From positions 62,001 to 126,000 of the forward strand of contig MU058452.1 in NCBI GenBank assembly GCA_013265495.1: a DNA stretch of 64,000 nt. The letters are read 5' to 3'. A program made the translations under genes and the position numbers. Below the pieces are notes generated by a model. That model made no database searches. It saw only the letters and a program-made list of their open reading frames with translations, and was not told the DNA's origin. This DNA is from Vicugna vicugna (Eukaryota). Positions 37,826-50,400 of the stretch are shown here, piece after piece. How positions within the stretch are numbered: position 1 is the first letter of the stretch; each line of letters begins with the position of its first letter.

Positions 37826-39529
37826 AAAAAATGTATCTTAGTCATTTTTCCTTAGGATGAAGACTTCCCCTGTAACTATTTTAAACCAGAACAATAAGAC
37901 ATGCTTATTGAAAAAATTAGAATGCCCTAGACGTACTTAGAATAACAGAGTGAAATTTTCTTCCATCTCCTTACTTGAGGTAAATTCAAGCTTGAGCTTT
38001 TCTCTTCTTCTCTTGTTCTCGTTTCTCTTGAAAACTTGTAACACTCAGAAGTATCTCCCTAAACGGTAGAAAATGGAAAAATGGGACTTGACCCTGGTGG
38101 ACCATTTGTTTTCACTGGAAAACAGGGTGCTGATGCTGGAGTGACGTTCTAGTGAGCATGGTCTCCTAATCTGAGATGGAAGGCACATTCACCATCCAAT
38201 GGAAGATCCAGGACCCTCACCTGCATGTCACCTTCCAAAACCCGGGAGAGGGCGCGAATAATGTGTTCATATCGTCGCAGGCGTCTGTAAACATTACAAA
38301 GCTGTAAGATATTTGTGTATCTTACAAATTTTGTATATTTCCTTCACCCCTCTACCCCCATTCCCTGAACTGTAGAAGATTTTATGCCAGTCCCATCTGG
38401 ATAAAATGCTACACCTCTCGTAGATAAAATAAATTGGAAGAGGAAAGACTGCAACATTGTACAGTCTAAACTGTACACTCTTTTTTGAAAAAAAAAAAAG
38501 CTCTTTTTTACTTTACAAAGGAAAATAAAAGAAAAACAGGAAGCCCTTTTGGGGGAAGGCTTTTTACTCTCTCGTAATTTGTCTTTAATAGATCTATTGC
38601 TGTCTATTGAGAGATCAACTTAATGAAGTTATTTGTGTCTCTTAGCTTTTAATTTAATAATTCAAGGCTACTAGCAAATTCACAGATCAAAAGTTTCAGC
38701 CTTAATTGGTCACTGGTCTTTGCATTTTAAAGGCTGCTTAATCATCTGAAGGTGGTTACGTTACTGCTGTTAATATAAATTTCTGGGCTTTTTTTCTTTG
38801 ATTTCTGTTCAAATGTGTATTTTGAGGTATTCCCCCGTTTGCTGTCAGTCTGCCTGGTCTTCCAATCCGGTGATGGTGGTCCTGATGGTAACTAGGATAT
38901 TGTTAACTACTCTGTGAAAATGTCCGCATCTCATCTGTGAATTGAGATGGGGAGACTCATACCCTCCTCCCACTACCTACCCCAGGGATTAAAAGAAACA
39001 GGTATATTAAGCCCAAAATTTCGCAGATGTTGGTGTCTTCAAGAATACCAGTTGAGTCTGCATAAAGCAGTAGAAGACTGGAATGGGAGGCTAGCCAATT
39101 TTGATGTTGATATTATCAGGCCAAAGATGCCTCCTCCACCTCAATTGTTTCCGGAACTAGGAAAAATACATGCATGTCATTTTGCTTTGAAGCAACTTTG
39201 AGCAACTGCACTCAGATATAAATCAAGTAGTTAATGATGTAAATCCTGAAATCATGGCTGTACCTGTCAATTTTTTACAAAATCAGACTGTATCACATCA
39301 CTTCTGCTAAAAACGGAAATACTGGTCTCGTGAATGAAGGGAAGTCTACACAGAGTTGGTGATCAGACCCTCGCATAGCTAACTTGTCTCTTCTGGTCAT
39401 CTTATTAGTAGACACAGATTATCACCCAGCTCTGCTGAGTGTCAGGCTTGGTATCAGTCAAAATAGGGATGAAAACGATCTTGGCAATTCTAGTACAGAC
39501 TGCTGATATGCTGTGTGTATACTGTTTGT

Positions 39530-40016
39530 TTTCCCTTTGATATTCATCCTCCACTTTTTACATTAGCACAGAATTCTCACATTTTAACTGAACCTACAGG
39601 TGTCAGGAAAAAAGTAAGAGTACATTTTTAGCCTCCCATTAAGCTGTGTGGCCATGTGACAGACTTCTGGCCAATGAGGTGAAAGCAGAAGTGTGTGCAA
39701 CTCCTGAGACGGGTCTTTAAAGCAGGGTGTGAGAGGCACTGTGCCCTCTTGGCCCCCGTCTCCACACTCTGGTTAAAATCAATGCATCATGGATGAAAAT
39801 GGAGCCGCCATCTTGGACAGGAAGTGACTTTTGGAAGGGAAGTCACCTATGAAAGAGCCAAGGGTTAGGAAGGGTGTGAGCTCCTCTGAACCTTGTGGAA
39901 GAGGGCCACCACTGCTGCCTTGATTTGCCTAAAATGGGAGAGATCGATGTCTTACTCTTCTACTGTTATTTGGAACTTTTCTCTTATGCACCATAAAACC
40001 CAGCCTTAACATATCA
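39530..40016 (+). mobile_element. Old MLT1 (I/J-like) LTR
   Basis: ggccatgtgac..ttctggccaatgaggtgaaagcagaagtg..gccgccatcttggac. Confidence 0.7.
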
Positions 40017-43000
40017 GTCTTACTGCAGAAGGATTTGGAGGTCAAGTGTGAACACAGCATTCCAGGAACTTACTTTTGACTCTCAAGAAACTATGAATTT
40101 CTCGAAAAGGTGTATTTCTTTCTTAATTTAGTTGTTCCTTAGAATATGGTCGCATGGGTACAAAAACTGAAAAATTCTACAAGTCGTATGTGCCTTAGAA
40201 GTAGTATTTTTACTGAAAGAGGTTTATACAAATACTAGATTATATGTGAGCAAAATATGTTTAAAAAAATAAGGGTTTATGAGATAAAATTATGAAGTTA
40301 AAAAATAGACTATAACTGGAAAACTCTTGCATTTACAATCATATGCACCTCTGTGAGTTACCCCAAGTCCTTTATCAAAGAAGGAGGGAATTAAAGAACA
40401 AATCAACATAACAAAAATCCTTTTAGAATATAGTATAGAGGCAGCGTCTAATTGGTGCTGGCCAGATTATCCCATGGAAATGTTTTTCATTAACTGGTAA
40501 GAAGACCAGGCTTTTGCACATGTGAGGATGAAGCTTCTGCAGCCAATAGTATGGGCAGAGCTCCTGCTCCTTTCTATTTAACCCTTGTCTTCCTTTGATC
40601 AGGTGGTACCAATTTAAATGTCAGCTCTGTGCAGGGGGCACTGGCCAGAGGACAAGCTGTGACCACCGGTTCATCGCATGCAAACAACTCAAGGACCATC
40701 ATGTGATAACCTTTGGTGTTCACAGCTCAGGGAAAGATCTTTACCTAAATGTTCAAAGTCAAAGAACCGTCCCCTGGGACGTGTGCATGCAACATGAAAG
40801 CACACATGCACACACACAGATACGTTTGAAGGAAATGAGGACAAGAGAACTGATCTATCCTAAAATTTTCAATCCTTGATTAAAGGCCGTCACATATTAA
40901 CATACAAACTAGTCATTTTTTTTCTGCATAGGCTATAAATGCATATGCCACCGTGATATAATATGAATCTACATCATTTGGATCTGTTATTTGGCGGGAC
41001 CTAGAAAAAAAAAGCAATATGAAATAAAGAAAAATCAAATTTCTAATCAGTTTATGGTCCTGGGGAATTTTATCCAAAGTTATTGTAAGAATAATGCAAG
41101 CAGGAAGATACAAAAAAAAAAAAAAAAAGGAAAAGAAAAAAAAGAAAGTCAGTTAAGTGGAATTTAAGTTGTCAGGCTACAGTGTAGAACTCCATTACCA
41201 TATCTTTCTTTTTTTTTTAATAGTACTCTCTGAAAAGCACTAGATGTAATAAAGTCAATTTAAAATTTGTTCTACCAATCTTTTGCATCTGTAATTTTCC
41301 CATTAAACGTAAATGCCCATGAGGCAAGCTATTTGCATTACATTGCATTTGCAGTCTTTAAAACAAACTATAAATCCCCTCCTTGTTTCATGTGATTGAT
41401 GCTGTGTGTATAAATACCACCATAAACCTCAAAGGGGGCTAACAGTGACAGTAAATTAAAGTTTTCAAGTCTGGCAGCATCTCAGCACTCCAGCCCTTGA
41501 TCTTAAGCAGCGTTGTTAACCCCCGCCTCATTGCCCTCCTGAACTCACCTTTTTTTCCCCTTCTTTCCCGCTCTGCCCCCCATTCTGATTTCCTTGGGAA
41601 ACACCTTCCCGGCCATGCAAGTCACACCAGGGCAGGGATAGGCAGTTAATTAAATCGAGGCTGCAGCGGCTGGCTGGAGAGCTGAAGGCCCTGACTTGCA
41701 GCCCTCCAGTATTTGAGATCAAGAATCTCGGGGCCCCTTCCCTCTGTAAACAATGGTCAGCCACCGAGATACTGATTAACTGCAAAACCCCCATGATTAG
41801 CTGCTTTCATGGGGATTGTCTTCTGCTCAGCAGCCTTCCCATTGGGAGTAGGAGAAGGCGACATGAGTAGTTGATGGAAACGTAGCAGAGGAACAGGAGG
41901 AAAGAAAGGTTTCTAGCAGTATTTTTCAATTTCCATTTATTAAATCTCCATCCTCATTCTTTTAGTCTCCATTTAGAAACTGCATAATTGATGTAGTTGC
42001 TTCTGATTAAAACTTAGCGCCTGGCCAAGGGGGTCTTTACTTATATAGGAAGGCTTAGTTGAAACATAAACAGAGCTAATGCCTTTCTGGAACTTAAGAG
42101 GACCCTTAGTCTCTGTAATTAATTGATGTGTACAGCTGGTAAATTACTTCTTGTCTCTATCTTACTGCGGTAGGAATGGATTTGGGGGAAAGCTCAACAT
42201 GGAGATCCTGGAGAAACCATAAATGTTGACCCCTGACTATGCCTCCTCTCTCAGTGTGTGGTGACTCTTTTCCCACTTGGAGCAGTCAATTCCATGACCG
42301 GCCTCACGTGATCACTCCCCCAGATTGTGCCAGGGCTAATTGATTCAGGGTGCATTGGGGTTTCTCGTTATCTCAAATGCTCCCCATAATTTTTTTTTTT
42401 ACATTTTTTCCCCAGAATAGGAGGAACATAATTGTAAAATCCCATATCAATTTTTTTTCTAGCTGTATGTTTCATATATGACTTCAAAATAGGAATGTAA
42501 ATTAGCAGAACCTCACGGCTCATAGATGCAAGATTCTTAGGGGAACGACAAATCTTCAAGGATGGGTAAATTATTCCTCCAGAAGGGAAAGGAAAGACAC
42601 AGAGGAAAAGCAATTGGGAGGAGGGGGAAGGGAAGGCAGAGGAAGAGAAGTGAAGGCAATGAGACAAGAAAGCTAATTAATTAATTTAGGCTATTAATCT
42701 AGACCACATGTCCTCTGATCATCTCAGCATCCATGGGGTATCCCAGGTGAATATTGACAGGGACACTGAAATATCTTTGGAAAAGAATACTTCTCTGGTT
42801 TTTCATTTCTTCTACGATCTTTTAATAATCTAGGTGGAAGAATGCAAGAAATATTGACACTAGGAAGAGAGAGTCTGTACCCAAGACAGATTTCTAGAGA
42901 CATCCTCTCCCCCTTCTCTTCTGAATGACACAGCTGACCAACCATGGAACCTGCTCCTTCTGTTGCCCAGAAATCCTCTTCACGAAGGTAGCAGTGTCAA

Positions 43001-43169
43001 TCCATGCAGCCTCGTTACCACCTTCTGCTTTTACAAGTCTTTCATGTGCCCATTGCAACAAAAGTAAAAACTCATATTGACTCGGTTAAATTTTCTTATC
43101 ATTTCTGCAAGGGACTCTGAACACATTTATAGCCAAGTAAAGGAATGCTGGAGAAGCAGGAGGAAACAG

Positions 43170-43330
43170 CTCTTTACTGAGTCTCCCCTATGTGTCTGTC
43201 ACCCTATTTGGTGATTTCACATTTTATCAACTTTTGCAATAATCCCGCCAGACAGTCCCATTTTTCTTTGTCAGTAAATGGGGAAAAAAGTCTAAGAAAC
43301 TTGTTCAAGGTCCCCCAAGTGATAAAAGGC
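43170..43330 (-). mobile_element. MIR fragment
   Basis: tttactgagt..tatgtgtc..aagaaacttgttcaaggtc. Confidence 0.5.
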
Positions 43331-46300
43331 AATTTTTTTTGAGCTTGTCCTTTATTCTCTTCCTTCAAAATTTCTAATGGAGCCTGTTCCCAAATACAAA
43401 ATATAAAATCTCTAAGGCAGATCCTAAGGACATAGATATAGACACCAGGATCTTCCAGAAAACAGCTGAGTCCACCTAGTTTTGAGGGTTATTCATACAA
43501 AAGTTTGTAGCCTGATGTAAATCTCTGGCCATCTTGTTACCACTTCACATTTCTGCTGTTGGAAGTGAACAGAATAAATTCTAAATTTGGTGGGGTTTAT
43601 GTGTATTGGGTATAGAGAGACCAAGACAGAGAATGGTACAGTAGGAGAGCTTGAGAGAAAAGTGCAAGTGTTGGAATGGGTGGAATTTGGCGTAACAGAA
43701 ACGGAAAGCTGAAAGCAGTATCTTCAACTTTTGGTCCTCGGTCTTCTCGTCCTCCTCCCTCCCAATTGTTCTTCCTCTCTGTCTTTCCTTTCCCTCCTGG
43801 AGGAGTGATTTACTCATTTGATTTGCTATTCCCCTAAGAATTTTGCATATTTGAGCTTTGTGTTTCTTTTAATGTACATTCTTATGTTGAAGTCATACAG
43901 GAAACATAAAACTAGGGGAAAAATGATATAGGATTTTGCAATTATTTTTCTTTTATTCTAGGAAAAAAATAAAAAATAAATATCATGGGGAGTGTTTGAG
44001 ATACCCCAACACACCTTGAATCGATTGGCCCCTGGCACCACTTCTGGGAGCAAATGCATGAGGTCATTCTCAAGATCTCATGACAGCCCTTTACAAAAAT
44101 AGGCATTACCTCTCCAGACCTTTCTGGCCCTAATATAAAGGTCCCCAACACAGTTATCCCACCAGGATTCTCCATTCCAGAACTCTTTTCTACTTTATTC
44201 TCATTCCCAACTCATAAATCAAAACTTACCCATCTTGTGTCTCCTCTCCTTGAAGGACTATTCTAGGCTAGAGACACAGGGAAGACTGATTCCCATTCTA
44301 ATGCCTTCAAAAAAACAGCTCTTTCAGATGAGTGTCTTTTTGATCCAGAAAATATAAGGCTGTAAATCAAAGGAAGGACTAACGGTGTAAACACTGAGTC
44401 TACATTTATCTGCCTTCGCATTACAAGTTAATTGTTCCCGTAATAAAGGGATGTGGTGATGGAGGGTGAGATTTTGAAAGAAATAAGAACATTGTCCTGT
44501 GAATCAGCTGCCTGCTCACTTGCTCACTGCCACCAAGGGCTCTTCTGTCCTGTGATTCCTTGTTCTGGGGGATCTACAGACAATTTCAAGCTCTGATTGT
44601 GAGTCTTGGATGAGTTACCGGTGACTGGAATGCTAATCTCAGGCGCTGGAAAGCTATAGTTTCATGTCCAGTGAATTTGTCAATATTCTTTGATGGCTGG
44701 GTACCTTTCATGAATTCAAACACAGAGCAAAGTGATTATCCTTAAGGAGAACACACAGCTGAATAAGGTTCCATCCCTGCCGCTGAGGTGAACAGACTCT
44801 ATTACTGTTTAATGTGAAATAAAATGTGATGCGCGTTGCAAGTGATGGGAATTCTGAGGCAAGAGAGATGGGTCCTAGCACTTGGCTTATAGTATCATGT
44901 CCCTTGTTCTTAAAGGGCACCGAGAATTGGAAGGTTTTTATCCTTGACCTCAGAAATGTCCTGTCTTATTTAGCTAGACTGGGTATAATAATAAGACTGA
45001 AATGTAGAAACACTTAAAGGGGAACATAACCAATTATTATAAATAATCTGATGGCAGGGGCCAAATTCTAGCTCAAAGGGAAGTCTTGAGTGCCTGTGGC
45101 ATGGCTCTTGCGATATCATTGTAAGAAATTGATGGGGAGCACTGTGTCATTGAAAATATGTTTATTTCAGTCAATAGTCATTTAATGTTTGCTACCACCG
45201 GCTTCTGTTGACTGGATCATGGATCAAAGTGTGGAAGGGATGTGAGATAAAATCTGGGGCAGGATAGAGCTGAGAATAATTGAAAGTGCTACCTGGAAGG
45301 GAGTTTTTGATTCAGGCAAAGGAAAAGCATGGGTTGGAGTAAGGTGAGTTTTTCCTGAGTAGCGGATGACCTGGGAAAACCATAAGGGTAGAAATCAGCA
45401 AACGGGGATGGAAGATGGTAGAGTGGTGTGGTTGACATGCCCTAAAAAGAAAATTCCTGACGAAGATCAGAGAGGTGAGAGGAATCAGAGGGTGTGACTG
45501 TTCCTGTTTGGAGCCACAGATTGTCTGTCAACCAGAAGGTCAAGGTGATCACTCTGGTCACTTACACGAGCCGAGAGGGCCAGGTGGGGATTGTGGAAAA
45601 TAGGGTGAGAGAGGATGCGTGGTTTAACTGGGCAGCCACTCAAACCGAGCCATTGGCTTATAGATGGAAATGAAGGTCCCATGTTGCCGGATCTAAATTT
45701 TTAAGAAAAACTTAAAAAATCTCTATTTCCCTTTGAACTCTCTCAAGTTTTAGAAGTTGGCCACTAATTCAAACGTTAGACTCTTTCCTAGAGATGCATT
45801 ATAAAAAAGAAGAACAGATAGGCATGTTCCGATCCTCCCTGGGGAGAGCTCTAGTTTGATTAATTTAGCTTTCTCTAAATTTATTTATTTATTTTTGGTC
45901 TGGAAGTAGAAAGTGACTGTGAAAAATCCCTGTTGCTATTGTGGGAAATGTGAACAAAATTCCCAATTTCCCACTTTGAACGATCGGCCAAGTTTGATCT
46001 ATTTCATTACAAATTTCCTTCAGGAGGAAGATATGTTACGTTTTGCAAATTTAAGCTGCTAAGCGGAATAAATTGGCCTTTTTGATTCTACTCAGGTTGC
46101 AAATTTTTGTAATTTTTTCCAGGCCTGAATATATGTATTCTTGATGCTTATTTATGTATTTTTCACTACCTGGATTATATCATCTGGGAAAAAAAACTTC
46201 CTCTATTTTTTTTTTCTTTCTTCCTTTGTATGCGAAACCAGAAAAACATTGCTAACAAAATCACAAGCCCAGAATCTTTTTATGAGTCATATAATCAAAC

Positions 46301-47377
46301 TCCACTGTTGACAGAGAGTCTATAAACAGGGACGACCACGGTTGAAACTCGTACCAAGAAACAGAGTTGCAGCAGATTCTGCTGGGTATCAGGATGCTAC
46401 AGAACTGATTTCCTTTTCATTTCATCTAAGCATCCATGCTCTTAAACCTTTGGGATTCTGCAAGCACAGCTTTTCCGCTGACCAATGTCAAACGCATTCT
46501 CCTTTGATATTGTAAGAGCTCACACACTGTTTTTCAGGAATTAATTGATTGCTAGGGATTACTTGGAGAAGCCGGAGAAAGGGCAGGTGCTCCTACCTGG
46601 CTATCACGGAGGCAGTAATAATTGTAATGATGGCTTCCTGCATGAGGATATGTGGCACTAGGTACCCATTTCAGCCCAAACAGATTGCAAATATATCCCT
46701 TCTCTTCAATCACCCTATTAATTTGGAGATGCTTAGATCTGAAACTCAGCGTAAGAATCTACAGATCCTACCAATTAGAATGAGCCACCTTGTCCTACTA
46801 AAACTGCCACGGTGCTGTTTGCTTTAACAGATAATGATAACTTAACTTCGGACTAATCTTGTCGTTGAAAAAAGAATTAAAATTATAACTCTTCTGCAAT
46901 CATGATGTGCAGCTTTCTGTAGACTGTGGTGTGCCGAATTTCAAGTAATATTCTTCTGTTGCCCCATATCCCCAGGTCCTGGATAAAAATGAAATGTGCA
47001 TTTCATAAGAAAATCCCAGTGAGCAGGAACAAGAAAAAGTATTCAATCATCGTCAGTTGGTTAAAGCTTTGGGGATAGGCTCAAGCCACCATCTTTTTCT
47101 TCTTTTTTATAAGGACACAAATTAAAAAAAAAAATTAAACTAAACTATTTTTTCCACCTCCCACCAGATCGAGCCGGCCAGGGAAATAGATGGGATTATA
47201 TATTTAATAGCATAATGTCCACTGGATTGTTTTAGAATTAGTAGAAGCATCATCAGTCACCTCGGCTACAATAAACAAAAATTCTGATCAATGTAATATA
47301 AGTTCCTTTAAGCATAACCTGAGGTCATGTAAAAATATTTACCTGATATTGTTTCCCCTCCCCCAAGGGAAAAAAGA

Positions 47378-47402
47378 AAGAGAGAGAGAGAGAGAGAGAG
47401 AG
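47378..47402. repeat. (GA)n microsatellite
   Basis: Direct reading. Confidence 0.9.
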
Positions 47403-50400
47403 GAAGTATATTTTTCCCATTAAATTTATTAAAAACTTGGCAACACTAGGTCTTTGTGTTATCATGATTTCAATTTTCGGAATTAACAATAAAACTGAAA
47501 ACAGAACTTGCCCAGAGGATGTTTCCATTTAAACAAAAAATTAAGAGAGATGTATAATTGTGCATTTCTCAGGTTTTTAGATAGTCTTTAAATTAGCCTT
47601 TTTTTGGGGGGAAAGTATTTTGTTAATAAGGAATTATATTATGTAACACGTAAATAAATCGGTTTTCAAAAATAACATACCACCCCCGATGTGGTCAAAC
47701 ATATTTTCACACTGGTGTACTTTAGTCTGCCCAAAAGTAAAACCTCTTCCAAAATTTTGAATCTAGGAAACACAAACTTGGCTGCTCAAGCAGTGGTATT
47801 TTTGTGAAAATCTAGAGTGAAGCTTTTTTTTTCCTTTTACCTACCAGGAAACCTTTTCTACAGCCAATATTACATCCTGCATACGATGTCCCTCCGAAAC
47901 AGTTGGAAACTTTCATTCATTCTGATTCTCTGCAAAAGGAATTGCTCTCTGTCTCAGCTCATGATGAGCAGATGCTACTGAATATATTGGGGAAAAAAAA
48001 ATTCAATGGCACCAGAAAAGTCCAACATCAAAAAAAAAAAATACCGCTTAAAACAATAGTTGTTTAGAGAGCGCTCAATGGGTCCCAGGGCTTCAGAACC
48101 TTCTCCTGGGTTGTGAACAATCGAAGATTTATTCGAGCTCTCTGCACACTGGGAAATGAAGACCCAGAAGCTCATTATCATGTCTATTAAAAAGCAGAAA
48201 CTGGGGTACATCTAAGAAAAGATGTATTACTTTTTAAACCGCACTGCAAACTGCAGACCAATAGGGACTTGAACTACATAAAAATACTCTCAGTTGTAGG
48301 GGAGTGGGGAGGGGGTGGGGCAGAGATTCACTCCCCCAAACAGCAGGAAAATACCATGCCAGCCAAGTTCCATTGTTGTCATGGCTTTGGAGAGGTGGCT
48401 CCATCCTATTTTCTTGCAAAGGGATTTTTGAAGTCAGGGTTTTGGTTTGATCAGCGAACTAAGGGCGACTACGTGAATAACTTTGGGGACCACGGTCTAG
48501 CGGAGGTGAGGGAGGGTGTGATTAGCAATGACCAGTTAAATTCTAGTTAACCCCAATTATAAACCTTCACCTTTGCTAATTGGATTAATTCGTCCGCAGG
48601 CAATATACTTATGAAGTGTACTGGAGCCAAATTTGTGCCATTTTATTATGAGATAAAAATCATGATTGTGGTGTGGCTCGCTGCTTAAGAATGGATCTAT
48701 AACCAGTTTCTGCAAAGGTGGAACAAAGTTGAATTTTACTAGCAAGTTGGAAGAGACGTTTATTACAGCAATTCTCTTTGCAGCCTGGAAAAAAAAATGC
48801 CCAGTAAGCAAATTCTCTCTCAATTAAAAGCTTTCCAAACTCAGGGTTTAATGAAACCTTAATTAAAGTCAATGGAAAAGTCATGTTCAGAAAATATAAA
48901 TGTAAAGTTACTCCAGAGTGTCCTTTTAATTCCCTCTTGACTGATCCAAGCCTACTGACTGTTTCTGACTCTTCTTAATTTTTTTTTTTAGAGTTTTGTG
49001 CGCAGAGAGACACAAACCAAAAAACCCTGTCTCCTTGTAGAACCATCTCGCCATCCAAAGACAAGTGGTGTCTACTTTCTCATTAACATGGTAAAGCAGG
49101 TTACCATGCTGTTTCCAACAGTTCACAAAGACTGAGAGCCAAATTTGCCTGGACAGTTTGTTGGGCTCAACTTTAGTGATAAAAAAATATAATATTATGT
49201 TTCTAATTCTGTTAGGGAATCTGTGAATGGGCCCAGTTTGAATAAAATAAAATGACGATGTCAATCACACATGTCTCCCTGTGATGGCAATAAAATTGTT
49301 CTAAGTGGTCCAAGTTGGCATGAACAGAGAATCTGTGATACTGGAAAATATGTTAATAGGGCTGCAAAATATTGTGTTTTAGAATCAGCTAAAGGGCAAA
49401 TAGGTGTTGTCAGCACTGTCTGTCTCCTGGGTGACCAGCACCCATCTGCCTGAATGGACACAAGGCTACCAATGTTGTGTACGTGTTTCAAAGTACAGAA
49501 GAAGGACTGTGGCATTCTCTGCTTTTATCTATTTCACAAAGGGAGGCATGGGAAATTAGATATTTCATAGATACTCTAAGGGAATAGAGGTTGTATTTAG
49601 GGGGTCAACCTGTTTTTCCTTTCCTTTTTTCTCTTGTAATAAGGGTGCTAAGAATAGGACCCTTAGATTCTCCCCCTTGACAAATAAAACAGTTCATAGG
49701 AAGAAGACAGTAAAAACAATTGGATCATGGAAACTAATGACAGTATACAGCATGTCTTCCTGTGAGTGGGCACGCATGCACTTGCGCACGCATGTGTGTG
49801 ATCTACCTAGGACCAGGGCATCGAATGGTCCTTCTCTGTAACCTGAACCAGACCTTGTCATCACCTGTTGACAACAGAGAAAAAAGGAAGCCAAGCGTCG
49901 GGATCAGGGTACCATAATGCCTGTTGACAATAAATTATCAAAACAATAATCATGTTTAGCCAATCCCTTTGTGTAAAACTGTTATTATGATTCCAGTGCC
50001 AGCTGTCTGAAACTTTAATTTAAGTGCTTGCTGGAGGCGAGACATTTGGAATGCTAGTTTAGAATGTTTTATAGCTCAAGCAATATGTTTTACTAACCTC
50101 AAATACTGTGATGATGGTTTAAATGGTGACTATAATTTGTACGTGGGGGCTCCGGGGTGAATTTTGCTTTCCCAGGGAAGTGTCTGCTGCATCAAAATTT
50201 CAGACATTTCTGGGCTATTTGGGGGCAGCCTAGCCTAAGGGGCCCTGGGAGCTGCATCTACCACCCTGCAGGTAAGCACCGCAGGTGATTAACTTTGGGA
50301 AAGTTGTTTGAAGTTGCTGCAACTGGAATGTTCCTCAGAAACAGAAATGTTTGGTAGAAAACACAGTGCTCACTGGAGAGGCCATGGTTTACTGGTAGGT

